DNA of 64,000 nucleotides. Source: Macrostomum lignano. Its lineage: Eukaryota. Numbering within the stretch: the stretch's first letter is position 1; every line of letters starts with the position of its first letter. The position numbers and the translations under genes were made by a program. Shown here piece after piece: positions 37,415 through 50,169 of this stretch. The notes below the pieces were generated by a model. It made no database searches. It was not told the origin of the DNA and saw only the letters and a program-made list of their open reading frames with translations. The stretch spans positions 186,001 through 250,000 of the forward strand of contig NIVC01001121.1 in NCBI GenBank assembly GCA_002269645.1, read 5' to 3'.

Positions 37415-40400
37415 TGTTGTGTGTCGCGTTTTAGAACTCTTTCTTAATTCAAAATGCACACTAGCTCTATGTACACGCGACACTGTACATTGCATGAATC
37501 AATATTTCAACCCGCTTCACTTGACAATATATATAGTCTGACTTTGGCCAACTTGGGCCTTAAGAGTTTTGTCGTGCCTAAATGTCTCGCTTGTTCCTAC
37601 ATAACATGGCGTCGCAAGCATAAAGTACTTTCCCCAATAGCCAAGCAAGCTAGCTAATGGAAGGACTGAGGCCTCCAGAGCCGATGGTTTTTGATGCCAA
37701 TCGCGCAGATAACTGGAGAAAATGGAGCAAAGCGATCGACTTCTACATGAAGGCAACCAAGAAGACGGAGGAGAGCGAAGAGGTCAAGATTGCAATACTG
37801 TTGACTGCGCTCGGATCAGAAGGACAAGACGTGTTCTCCACCTTCCCGACAGCCGAAGTGGCGACATACGCTGGGGTTCTCAATCAATTCAAGAATTACT
37901 GTGAGCCAATGAGCAACGAGACCTTCGACCGCTACCTGTTCAGAACCAGAGTGCAGAAGGAGTCGGAAGACTTCGATCAGTTCGTTGCCTCTCTGCGACA
38001 GCTCGTGACCAGGTGCAACTACGCGACACCGGCCAACGGCGAGTCAGTCGGCGACAGCGTCATCCGCGACCAGATCGTGATCGGAGTCGGCGACCCAGCG
38101 CTCAAAGAGAGACTACTCCGTGAGTCCAACCTGACACTCAACCGTGCAATTCAGATGGGACGGGCTTCGGAGACGTCAAAGCGACAGGCTAGCGCTCTGC
38201 TGGCAACTCAGAGCGGCCGAGCTCCGCCGTCAACGGTGGATGTTGTCCAAGGTGGACCCCGAGCACCAGCTGGCCCACCAAAACCGCCTTCAGGCCGCGG
38301 CTGTGGCTTCTGCGGACTGCAGCACGAGCGGAGAAAATGCCCAGCCTACGGTAGGAAGTGTAACAGCTGTGGCCGTCTGAACCACTTCTCGTCAATGTGC
38401 CGGTCCTCAAAGAAAGTCAACGAGCTCCAGGAGGACAAGCAGCAGCTGGATGACGCTGACCAAGAGGCAAAACCAGCGACAGTCATGACAGTTGAGAAAC
38501 TGGAAGCTCAGCGTCTGCACGACTACTCAGCAATGATGGTGAATCTCACGGCAAAGGATTCGGGACGGATGCTCCAGTTTAAGGTCGATACTGGGGCAGA
38601 TGTCAACGTTGTTCCGCTGCGATGCCTGATCAAGTTCGCCCCTGCGGCTGAAATTGAGCCCACATCCTGGACACTCACTACCTACAACAGACAGCAGCTG
38701 GATGTCGTCGGCCTAACTCACCTGACAGTTTCGTCTCCGTGTCAGAAAAACGTTAAACTTCAGTTTGTAGTCGTTGGAGAAAACGCGACTCCGATCATAG
38801 GTTGGAAGTCAGCACTGCATGAGTTGCATCTCATCAGGAAGCTTTTTGCCATAAACAAGAGCCCAGCCAATCTCAGCAAAGTTGAGAAACCCCACCAGTC
38901 TCAGATCACTAGCAGCCAGCTGATAGCAGACTATCCGACTGTGTTCAAAGGTGTCGGGTGCATGAAGCAGCAGTACACAATTCAGCTAACAGAAAATGCC
39001 GCTCCAAAAGTCCAGCCGCCACGCAAGGTTCCATTCGCGGCCTATCAGCCATTGAAGTGCGAGCTGGAGCGCCTGGAGAGAGATGGGAAAATTGTTCGAG
39101 TAGACGAGCCGACTCAATGGGTTTCAAACGTCACCATTGTCTGGAAGAAGGACGGCTCGATGCGCCTATGCCTTGATCCAACATACCTGAACCAGTTCAT
39201 CATCCGCGAATATCACCCGATTCCAACGGCGGAGGAAGTTCGGATGGCGACTGCTGGAGCCGTGGTGTACAGCACATTTGACGCCAACGAGAGTTTCCAT
39301 CAGCTCAAGCTAGATGAGCAGAGCTCGTTCCTCACTACGTTCCATACTCCATTCGGCCGTTACAGGTGGAAGCGGGTGCCGTACGGCTTATCATCGATCC
39401 CCGAAGTGTTCCAAAAGCGCATGGAGGAGAATGTCACCGGTCACGTCAAGAACTCGAAAAACTTTTTCGATGACATTATCGTGTGGGGGCGCACCATCGA
39501 GGAACATGACACTGCAGTTCGCAGCCTGATGGAGCAGTGCAAGCGCGCTAACGTGACGCTGAATCCGAACAAGATGCGAGTTGGAGCCCCAGAGCTGAAC
39601 TACTTAGGTGATATTCTGGGCCCTGATGGAATTCGAGCTGATCCACAGAAGGTCAAGGCAATCAAGCAGATGGCAAGACCCGACTCTCTGGAAGGCGTAA
39701 CCGCAAAGAAAGAGCAACTGAGGCGTTTTCTCGGCTGTGTCACCTACTTGGCAAGATTCTGCCCGCACCTGTCAGCCACTGCGGAACCACTGAGGCATCT
39801 CCTGAAGAAGGAAATCATATGGAGCTGGCTGGATCAGCACGACCAGGCGTATGATGCAATCATCGCGGATCTGTGCTCGAACCGGGTGCTGGCTACCTTT
39901 GACACAGCCAAGCCCGTAACGGTTTCAGTCGACGCAAGCAAGAGTGGAATTGGCGCAGTGCTGCTACAAGACCATCGCCCAGTCGAATACGCGTCCTCTG
40001 CAATGACCAGTGCCCAGCGAGCATATGCACAAATCGAGAAAGAGCTTCTTGCTATTGTCTATGGCTGCAAAAAGTTCCATCGATACATCTGGGGCCGGAC
40101 AGTGCATGTCCAGAGCGACCACAAGCCGTTGGAGGCGATCTTCAAGAAGGCTCTGTGTGACACAACGCCTCGAATTCAGCGACTTATGCTCCAGTTGCAG
40201 CCTTATGACATTCGCGTCAAGTACACTCCCGGAAAGGAGTTGCACGTAGCCGACACATTGAGCCGAGCACACGGTGCAGCTGATCTCCTCACAATTCAGC
40301 TAGAAGAAGCCCTCGATGGTCAAGTCCTATCAGTCGAGCGCTGCTTTAGCGGGGACCGCGAGATCTTGCACATGATCAAGAATGCAACAGCCAAAGATAT

Positions 40401-42400
40401 GACGAGCGAGCGGTTGCGGAATGTCATCCTAGACGGTTGGCCAGAGCACAGAGCGAGGTTGACAGACGACCTGAAGCCGTTTTGGGACGTTCGGCATGAC
40501 CTGACCTATGCTTCCGGACTTTTGTGCTTGAAGGACCGGATCTATGTTCCCAGCGGAGATTCAAGGAAACAGGTGCTCAAAATTCTTCATGCTGGGCACC
40601 CAGGCATCGTGAAAATGCACCTCAAGGCTAAGGACTATTTCTACTGGCCAGGAATGCGGAGCTGTGTGGAGCAGGTCGTCACTGACTGCGAGTCTTGTCA
40701 GCGAAACATGAGAACCCAGTCTAAGGAGACGCTGATGACGGTGGACATGCCGAGCTTCCCATTCCAAGATTGCTCCACAGACCTGTTCGAGTTCGGCGGT
40801 TCATCCTACCTGGTGTACGTGGACTCCTACAGTCGCTGGATGAATGTCACTCGAATGAGATCGACCACCAGCGCAGCTGTCGTTTCAGTGATTCGGGACC
40901 ATTTTCAAAACTTCGGAGTGCCAGAGAAACTCGTCAGCGACGGAGGTCCACAGTTTTCCGCTCGGGAATTTCGACAGACGATAGCAGAATTCAAGGTCGA
41001 GCACCGAACTTCAAGTCCGACGTACCCGCAATCAAATGGAAGAGCAGAACGCTACGTACAAACGGCAAAGAATATGCTGAAGAAGTGCTCAGAGACTGGA
41101 CAGAACCTGGAGCTGGCGTTGCTTCACTACCGCAACACCCCAGTCGGCAGCGGCTTTCCGAGTCCAGCTGAGATGGCATTCGGTCGTAAGCTCCGGTGCG
41201 ACTTGCCGGCAACTGTTCAAGATTTGCGGCCAAAGGAAATTCACCTACACTCAAGCATAGAGGCCTTTGAGAAGCAGCGCACTCGGGCAGCGCAGTTGTA
41301 CAACCGAGGAGCTCGACCATTGAGGAGACTAGCTGCTGGTGATCTGGTCTGGCTCCAACGAGGTCGTCGCGACTGGGTGGCTGCTGAGATCGACAGCGAG
41401 CTGGAGAATTGTCCAAGGTCGTACTGGGTTCGAACCGAGACTGGTCAGCTGCTCAGAACGAATCGCCGTTTCATCAGGCCTCGAATGGTAGATGTGCCAT
41501 TCAGCGAGTCTCTCCATTGTGACAGCGAGGATGTCGACGAGGCTGAGCAGCCGGCCTCCGTGCAGCCGGCCTCTGCGCAGCCGGCCTCCGTGCAGCCGGC
41601 CTCTGTGCAGCCGGCCTCTGCGCAGCCGGCCTCCGTGCAGCCGGCCTCTGTGCAGCCGGCCTCTGCGCAGCCGGCCTCTGTGCAGCCGGCCTCCGTGCAG
41701 CCGGCCTCCGTGCAGCCGGCCTCCGTGCAGCCGGCCTCCGTGCAGCCGGCCTCAAAGCAGTCAGATGAGCCGTACAGGACAATGCGTGGCCGAGTTGTCA
41801 AAACGCCAGTTTTCTATCATCCGAGTTAAGCCGCTGTATTGATGAAGATAAGTTGACGCTTGATTCTGATTTGAGTTAAAGTTTGATGAACTGTTTTTTT
41901 GGAACTGTTTGAGCTTGCGAATCGTAAGGTCGCGTTATATTCCGCATTGACTTCCGACTTTGTATTCTTAGACAGTGGAGAGATTAGGAGTGTATTGTTG
42001 CATTGTATCGGTCCAGAGCTTTGCATTAAAGTTAATGTGCATTGTTTGTATCAATGTTGCCAATGTTATTAGTCCAACATGACTCAAAGATTGTAGTTTT
42101 TTTAAATCCGCTTCCATTCGAATTTGCTTTTATTTCCGCTTCCGTTCGGAGATTTTGCTAAATACTTTAATACTGTAATCGGTTAACAAACTTATTTCTT
42201 GCGTTGGGAGATGTGTGTCGCGTTTTAGAACTCTTTCTTAATTCAAAATGCACACTAGCTCTATGTACACGCGACACTGTACATTGCATGAATCAATATT
42301 TCAACCCGCTTCACTTGACAATATATATAGTCTGACTTTGGCCAACTTGGGCCTTAAGAGTTTTGTCGTGCCTAAATGTCTCGCTTGTTCCTACTTAACA
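37415..42400 (+). mobile_element. Intact young Ty3/gypsy (Mag/K02A2.6-like) LTR retrotransposon
   Basis: LTRs 37415-37606 and 42212-42400 (TG..CA; differ by a 3-nt terminal indel and one substitution); PBS TGGCGTCGC at 37607; 5-bp TSD ATAAT (37410-37414, 42401-42405). Confidence 0.97.
37657..41829 (+). CDS. Single-ORF Gag-Pol polyprotein (1390 aa)
   Basis: Gag with Cys/His knuckles (CNSCGRLNHFSSMC), protease (KVDTGAD), RT (FFDD), RNase H (VDASKSGIGAVL..EKELLAI), integrase (HAGHPG..CESC; DLF, SDGG, NGRAER), C-terminal S(V/A)QPA repeats. Confidence 0.97.
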   Translation: MEGLRPPEPMVFDANRADNWRKWSKAIDFYMKATKKTEESEEVKIAILLTALGSEGQDVFSTFPTAEVATYAGVLNQFKNYCEPMSNETFDRYLFRTRVQKESEDFDQFVASLRQLVTRCNYATPANGESVGDSVIRDQIVIGVGDPALKERLLRESNLTLNRAIQMGRASETSKRQASALLATQSGRAPPSTVDVVQGGPRAPAGPPKPPSGRGCGFCGLQHERRKCPAYGRKCNSCGRLNHFSSMCRSSKKVNELQEDKQQLDDADQEAKPATVMTVEKLEAQRLHDYSAMMVNLTAKDSGRMLQFKVDTGADVNVVPLRCLIKFAPAAEIEPTSWTLTTYNRQQLDVVGLTHLTVSSPCQKNVKLQFVVVGENATPIIGWKSALHELHLIRKLFAINKSPANLSKVEKPHQSQITSSQLIADYPTVFKGVGCMKQQYTIQLTENAAPKVQPPRKVPFAAYQPLKCELERLERDGKIVRVDEPTQWVSNVTIVWKKDGSMRLCLDPTYLNQFIIREYHPIPTAEEVRMATAGAVVYSTFDANESFHQLKLDEQSSFLTTFHTPFGRYRWKRVPYGLSSIPEVFQKRMEENVTGHVKNSKNFFDDIIVWGRTIEEHDTAVRSLMEQCKRANVTLNPNKMRVGAPELNYLGDILGPDGIRADPQKVKAIKQMARPDSLEGVTAKKEQLRRFLGCVTYLARFCPHLSATAEPLRHLLKKEIIWSWLDQHDQAYDAIIADLCSNRVLATFDTAKPVTVSVDASKSGIGAVLLQDHRPVEYASSAMTSAQRAYAQIEKELLAIVYGCKKFHRYIWGRTVHVQSDHKPLEAIFKKALCDTTPRIQRLMLQLQPYDIRVKYTPGKELHVADTLSRAHGAADLLTIQLEEALDGQVLSVERCFSGDREILHMIKNATAKDMTSERLRNVILDGWPEHRARLTDDLKPFWDVRHDLTYASGLLCLKDRIYVPSGDSRKQVLKILHAGHPGIVKMHLKAKDYFYWPGMRSCVEQVVTDCESCQRNMRTQSKETLMTVDMPSFPFQDCSTDLFEFGGSSYLVYVDSYSRWMNVTRMRSTTSAAVVSVIRDHFQNFGVPEKLVSDGGPQFSAREFRQTIAEFKVEHRTSSPTYPQSNGRAERYVQTAKNMLKKCSETGQNLELALLHYRNTPVGSGFPSPAEMAFGRKLRCDLPATVQDLRPKEIHLHSSIEAFEKQRTRAAQLYNRGARPLRRLAAGDLVWLQRGRRDWVAAEIDSELENCPRSYWVRTETGQLLRTNRRFIRPRMVDVPFSESLHCDSEDVDEAEQPASVQPASAQPASVQPASVQPASAQPASVQPASVQPASAQPASVQPASVQPASVQPASVQPASVQPASKQSDEPYRTMRGRVVKTPVFYHPS

Positions 42401-43832
42401 ATAATTGGTGCCCCTCATTACTCATGTTGGCCTCCCAAACTTGGACCGCCCCCTCCCAAAATGAAATTCTAGATCCGCCACTGCTCGTATATGATAAGAC
42501 TGACTGAATTTACTATTACTAATATACTTATACTAGTTATAAATCATGTCTCAATCCGATGGAAACAACTTACGTATGTAAATGTCCATGTACCAGGAAA
42601 GTCATGGCTATTTAAAAAGTGGCAGGATGTCAGGCTATGAGAGCACGAGACTTTTCCACAGAGGCTTTTCTTGCCGAGCTTTCCTCTCATTTTTAACCAA
42701 CAGGTGCTGCAGAGACAGAGGGCGAGAAGGAGAAAGGGAGGCCAATAGGGGGAGATAAACTATTGAGACTACTGTAATGTAAAATCATACCTCTCGTAAA
42801 ATCATGTAAAATCATGTAAAATCACTTTATACCTCGCGCCATATGGCTCTACCTCCCACTATTCTTTGTGACCATATTTGTGTCATCATCAAAAGAGAAT
42901 TCGATAAAACAGGAATGTTTCAGGACATGACAGAGCGAATTATCGTAAAAAGCATAGTTAAAAGCAGTGAAGTCTGTTTTATTTTAGAGGCACATGTTTA
43001 CAATACTCAGTTAAGTATATACATGTACCCGTAAAACTGCACATTGACAAAAGACAATGAAAAACTCTTGTCGAAAAAATGCGCTGCATAGTTCTCTCAA
43101 ACTCGACAAGGGGGGGACAAAAAACTGGTTACAGCATTACAGAGCGAGAAAAAGAGCGTCAGCGTTTGATGGTAGTGCAATAGTGCAAAGAAGTCACGGA
43201 TTAAATGTTGCATACGCCACGGGCACAGAGAAGTGTGACCAAACATTTATACGGCTACGTCGGCTAACAGCTAATTTCTGTCCAATGTGGCTGAATAGTC
43301 ATCCATGTCGTAGTCGTCACCGTCGTCTTCTTTCACCTCAGAGGATCCTGCGTGCACTCTGCGTCCTATGAATAGGCAGCAGCGTAATGCACATTGCTTT
43401 GTCTCATCTCGATACCTGCCAATGAACGAGAGAAAAAGTCCTTGTATTTAAAATGCAAATGCATGATGCAAAGCATTCCAATACAGTTCATAGCTAATCT
43501 GCATTGTTAGCACTTGATGCTTGAGTGACTATGAGCGGAGAAGCTGAATAGGTTCTGTAAGCGACCAACACAATTCACTGATTTCACTAGGAAGAAGCTA
43601 AATACATGCCATCTTACCATCTACGTACTCTTGTTTCAAACGACTTCAATTTACGTATTCTGCTGATGATATTGTAGAGTCTATAAGCGGCAGCATATAA
43701 TTGTCGTATTTTTTTACTCACTGCTAATTAAACGAGAAGATAAATAACTGGCATAGATCTCCTCTAAAAGAAATCGGATAATATGCTTCTTCATTAGTCC
43801 TTCGATCGCCCTTAGCACTCACAACACTAGTA

Positions 43833-46667
43833 GATGATAGCACGCGGAGCAGCGATCGTCCTCCGCTTGAGCCGGCGGTCACTGCAGCCGAAGCGGCAGG
43901 CAGCAGACAGTCCTGCGATCGTCCTCCGCTTGAGCCGGCGGTCACTGCAGCCGAAGCGGCAGGCAGCAGACAGTCCTGCGATCGTCCTCCGCTTGAGCCG
44001 GCGGTCACTGCAGCCGAAGCGGCAGGCAGCAGACAGTCCTGCGATCGTCCTCCGCTTGAGCCGGCGGTCACTGCAGCCGAAGCGGCAGGCAGCAGACAGT
44101 CCTGCGATCGTCCTCCGCTTCTGGAAGAGGTTGAGTGGGAGATGAAGCCCGGAAGGGCTGCCTGGGAGGGGTAGAGTCGGGTTAGCCTGGAGGGGCTGTC
44201 TGGGAGGGCTGTCTGGGAGGGCTGTCTGGGAGGGATAGCCTGTGAGAGGTAGAGTGGCAGGGTGTGGGAAATGACAGCAGGGTATGGGGAAGGCCGGCAG
44301 GGTGTGGGGAAGGGTAGCAGGAAATAGGGAAGGCCGGCAGGATGTGGAGAAGCCGGCAGGATGTGGAGAAGCCGGCAGGGTGTGGGGAAGGACAGTAGGG
44401 TGTGGGGAAGGGTAGCAGGGAGTAGGGAAGTCCAGCAGGAAGTGGGGAAGCCGGCAGGGTGTGGGGAAGGGTAGCAGGAAAAAGGGAAGGCCAGCAGTAG
44501 GGAAGGCTGGCAGGGTGTGGGGAAGGCCGGCAGGGTGTGGGGAATGCCAGCAGGGAGTGGGAAAGGCCTGCATTGATGGGGAAGGACAGCAGGGTGTAGG
44601 GAAAGCCTGCATTGGTAGTGTAAGGCAAGCAGGGTGTGGGGAAGGACAGCAGGGTGTGGGGAAGGGTAGCAGGAAATAGGGAAGGCCGGCAGGATGTGGA
44701 GAAGCCGGCAGGATGTGGAGAAGCCGGCAGGGTGTGGGGAAGGGTAGCAGGGAGTAGGGAAGGCCAGCAGGAAGTGGGGAAGCCGGCAGGGTGTAGGGAA
44801 TGCCAGAAGGGAGTGGGAAAGGCCTGCATTGATGGGGAAGGAAAGAAAGGTGTAGGGAAAGCCTGCATTGGTAGTGAAGATTAGCAGGGTGTGGGGAAAG
44901 ACAGCAGGGTGTGGGGAAGGACAGCAGGGTGTGGGGAAGGGTAGCAGGGAGTAGGGAAGGCCAGCAGGATGAGGGGAAGCAGGCAGGGTGTGGGGAAGGG
45001 TAGCAGGGAGTAGAGAAGGTCAGCAGGATGTGGGGAAGCCGGCAGGGTGTGGGGAAGGCCGGCAGGGTGTGGGGAAGGGTAGCAAGGAGTAGGGAAGGCC
45101 AGCAGGATGTGGGGAGGGCCGGCAGGGTGTGGGGAATGCCAGCAGGGAGTGAGGAAGGCCTGCATTGATGGGGAAGGACAGCAGGGTGTAGGGAAAGCCT
45201 GCATTGGTAGTGTAAGGCAAGCATGGTGTGGGGAAGGACAGCAGGGTGTGGGGAAGGGTAGCAGGGAGTAGGGAAGGCAAGGCCAGCAGGATGTGGGGAA
45301 GCCGGCAGGGTGTGGGGAAGGCCGGCAGGGTGTGGGGAAGGGTAGCAAGGAGTAGGGAAGGCCAGCAGGATGTGGGGAAGGACAGCAGGGTGTGGGGAAG
45401 GGTAGCAGGGAGTAGGGAAGGCGAGCAGGATGTGGGGAAGCTGGCAGGGTGTGGGGAAGGCCAGCAAGGAGTAAGGAAGGCTGGCAAGGGTGTGGGGAAG
45501 GACAGCAGGGTAGGGGAAAGACAGCAGGGTATGGGGAAAGACAGTAGGGTGTGGGGAAGGCTAGCAGGATATGGGAAAAGCCAGCAAGGTGTGGCCATGT
45601 GGGAAGGCCAACAAGATACAATGAAGGCCAAGCAGGATACATTGAAGAGCAGCAAGGTTTGTGAAAGACAGCAGGGTATGGAAAAGGCCTATAAAAGACA
45701 ATGAAGGGCAGCAAGGTATGGGAAAGGCTTGTATTGATAAGAAAAGGTAGCAAGTGTTGTAGGAAGGCCATTGGGGTAAGGTATGGTAAAGGGCAGTAGG
45801 GTGTAACCATATAGGGAAGGCTAGCAGGTTATGGGGAAAGGGAAGGTTAAAAAAACAAAAAATATAGAACCTCTAAATACTAAATACTAATTTCAGGCTT
45901 AACCTATAACATAAAATAGTAGAATAGAACCCAATTTATCAATAAAATAAAAAATAAAAAATACATCCATTTATGGAATTTTATGCTAGCTCAGCTAGTT
46001 GTACTACATATATATATAATAGGCTATTAGTATAGTATATTAGAACCCTAAATTATGGTTGTTCAATATATCTATCAATATAGCTAGCTTTACTAAATAG
46101 TTTCTCTCCTAAACTCAGGATTCAGGGTTCAGAAAAAAGAATATTGAATATATAGCCCTAGGCCTAGCTTAGTCACACAGTTATTGCATTCAGTTACAAA
46201 ATTGTGCATAGGCCTAGCTACAAACTGAAACTGAGCGCCATCCAAGTTCACTAATTGAACTTTAAGTCGAGTTGTATTGTTCTCCTGTTCTAATATTAAT
46301 TCGCTGGGCCTATTAATATTGTGGAAATAATAAACAGCTAGTAGGCCTACATAAAATAATGTTAAATGTTAACACTTACACTTGTAACTAAGTCATCCTG
46401 ACCTAATTTTTATCTAGCATTCTAGTGACACTAAAATACTGTACTAGAGAATAGTAGCGTAGTAGGTTAGTAAAATCGCTAGGCCTACTTTGCATTAGTG
46501 AACTAAAAAATAAGCAGAAACGTCTGTTCAAATTTGTGCCATATTTGGCCCTTGTGCGCATAAAAAAGGCGGTCTATAGCATGCTACTGTATCATATAGC
46601 ATGATACGGACTGCCTTATAGGCGGTTTTTGCCGTGTTCTATACCGCCTAACGTGTATATACGGGTG
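43833..46667 (-). repeat. Right TIR: 63-bp repeats (~43851-44119), G-rich minisatellite (~44250-45845), AT-rich outer domain
   Basis: Mirror of the left arm with different repeat copy numbers and ~0.5 kb of the inner segment missing. Confidence 0.92.
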
Positions 46668-49356
46668 AGTTTATATTGAGTTCTTTGCCCGCGGGGCGTA
46701 AAATAACCAGTCTGTCTCAACTCAAAGAAAGCTCTGAGACCCTCAACGTTCCGTAAAACGACATTTACGGTGGTGGCAGCGCTACTCTTACTATTGTTAG
46801 TAACGAAACGAGCATCTTCGACGAATTACGAAGTTTACGGTGTCTGAGGACCCAGACCTGAACGACCCGGGCCGCTACAAGACCGCTCGACTACGATTAC
46901 GACTACCCTCCCCCCGGAATTGAGGATCCCGGCAGACGGAGTACCCAAGAAGAAGAATCGACGCAGCTATTTGTGCATTTTTTCCGGCTTTACGAGTGCC
47001 GACGACAACCCAATTTCAAAAACCCCCTCCCCCTTAAATTTTTCTTCTCCACCCCCACTTAGGGCCTTTTCATATTGCTTGTTCTGGTTCCAGAACCAGA
47101 ACCAATTTGTGAAGTATAACTTTTTGTCTCCATAACTAGAGGGAGATACGTGCTATAAAGTTTTTATTATTGAATGACAATCGCCAAGAAGAAAGTGAAA
47201 AATTGTGCTAAGTTAGGTTGTTAAGGCAGTCAAATATTAACAGAGTTTAATAGTTATACTGCTGTTTTTCTTGGAATTCCGAACCGATTCTGGTTCTGGA
47301 ATTGGTAAAATGAAAAGGCCCTTACATCCACTTCATAACCCTGATCAAAAGCTGAAAACCAGGATGTCATGAGAGTGGCGTCAATACAGAAGTTACAGGC
47401 TAGTTATGCTACAGTGGTACTTGATTAAAGTTCAAAGAAATGGTTTCAATTTTACAAGGTTTTTTCTAATTTATTATTAGGCCTAGATTCATTGTTCTAG
47501 TTTTGATTTTGATAGGCAGCATAGGCTTAGACCTAGGCCCTAAGTTAACTTTTATTGGTTTGGTAAGAATTGGCATCAATCTCAGAAAAAAACAGTGTCA
47601 ATTTGGTATTGTTGGTCTAAATCCAAGATGCTATGGCTACATAGCACCTGTATACTATAGCCATAGGCCTAAAAACAAAACCTAGATCTCAAATATATAG
47701 CTATAGGCATAGGCCATATACCAAAATTAGAAAAATCTGGGATTAAATAAAAATTAAATTGAATTAAAACAAATAAATTTCCTCTAATTTAAAATGAGTC
47801 TAAGACTAAATATTTTTCAACTAGTTTTTTGTTCATTTATCTGCTAAGGCCTAATAGCTTATTTACTAATTAGACAAAATATCTTTTTCTTTTAAAACTT
47901 TTTATGTATGTACTAGATTGCTAGGAAATGAAGGTGGGGATATGGAATAAAGTAGAAAACATGCTTAAACTTCCTTTTTTAATATTATTTAAATGCTTTA
48001 CTGGTCTTTTTTATCATTTTTAAAAAAATGTTTGTTTTAGCAATCTATTACAAATAAAACAAAACAAACTTTAATCTTCAATCTAATAGAGTTCTAATCA
48101 TGCATTATACTTTGTAGCTAAGGATCATATAAATAAAATAATATTAGTAGCTTATTAAGAAGCTTTAGAATCTAGAGACTTTTGTTAATGTTATATATCA
48201 TGTTTCCCTTTTTGCTTTTTTCTCCCTTTACCATAGAAATCCTAATGGCATATCAATATCCCTATAGCATTTTAACAATATTATTGATCAAATTAGATTG
48301 TTTGGTAGCTCTTCATCCTATTGCTTCCCTATATCATCATTTCTTAATAGACAAATAGTTTTAGAAAGAGAAAACTGCAAAAAATGGTTAGAAATAGAGA
48401 TAGCTAATAGCTAATAGAGATAGCCAAGCCTTATCTTTTATAATCCAAGCCCAAGGCTTAATGCAAATATAAAAGTAGTCTTTTAGATAGTATTTTCTTA
48501 AAGCCTGAATATGCAAACTTAAATATTATTTTTTTGCTAGCCTAGTCTAGTCTTTAGTAGACTTATTAGCATTAGTATAAGAAAGTGTTTTAGCAATAGT
48601 GTCTGGATATACATATATACTAGAAATATTTAAATCATTATTTTGAGCAGTTTTAATTTTCTTCTGAATAATTCTAATGTCTTTATTTAATAGATAATAA
48701 TTTAATAGAAAATATCTTTGACTTTGTAATTGTTGTTTTGTTCAATTTTTAAAGCAAAAGATAAAAGTAATGAGTAATAGTTTGAATTATTCATTTTTTT
48801 AAATTGCTCTATTAATTGAAATTTAATCTAAATATTTTGTATGATAATGTCTCCATTTAGAGAAAGGCTTTATACTTATTATCTATATCTTAGGCTAAGG
48901 ACTATTGGTGCTTTTTATATCATTGTTGTCTTATTGGACCTACCTAGTTCTTGTTTTTAACTTTAGACAAATATGCTGTGATAGGCCTAGGAATTATATA
49001 TTCCCTTGTTCCTTTAATAAGATGGTTTTTGTAACATAGTTTCATATTGAAATCATTTTAAAGTACAATTTTGTGATTTGTATGTAAAGTGCATTAGTTT
49101 TCATTTTATTATATAATTGCAATTTATAAAAAATTCATTAGTAAAAGACAACTTGTATAATAACTGCATATTGTGTGCAATACCCAGCTGGATGAGCTGA
49201 GTGATTAAGGTAGATAGATATGTTGCAAACTAGTCAATAGAATAAAAATCATTGGATCTTTTTGTTAAGCTTAGTATTTTTTTATATGCATTGCAGTAAA
49301 ATTATATGTTATATTATCGATTGTTAGGGTCAATGTCGCAGTATTACTAAAAGTAG

Positions 49357-49875
<519 letters not shown>

Positions 49876-50169
49876 ATATTCTGTTTGCTGCCAATAAGAG
49901 ACGCCTTGATTGACAGACTTGTGTCAGAGTGCTTGCGATGCGGGCTGTTGTAGAGCTAAATACATCTAGTTAGGCGTTGGCTTATTGATTTCGAATGCGC
50001 TGAAATCACTTGTGTGGATTTGAAGAGAAAAAACGATAGTAGTTTAACAGTCTTCAGTAACCGTTTTTTTTACTTTTTCTTATCTTTCTCTAGTGCTGAG
50101 GCAAGACTGCGGACCAGAATAGGGGAGAGAAGAGAGAGAATTGAGATCAGAGAAAAATGAGAGGAGATT

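Larger units (their letters stand above)
29378..46667. mobile_element. 17.3-kb foldback (Galileo/P-like) element with long modular TIRs and 7-bp TSD
   Basis: Termini CAGCCGTATATACACG and (rc) CACCCGTATATACACG; TSD AGTTTAT at 29371-29377 and 46668-46674; arms 29378-32939 and 43833-46667. Confidence 0.85.

Noticed and set aside
42440-42485. CAGTGGCGGATCTAG terminus (minus strand) of a possible MITE hosting the gypsy
   Set aside because: No matching opposite end or TSD was found.
32940-43832. Transposase for the foldback
   Set aside because: No THAP or DDE transposase ORF or remnant was recognisable outside the gypsy integrase.
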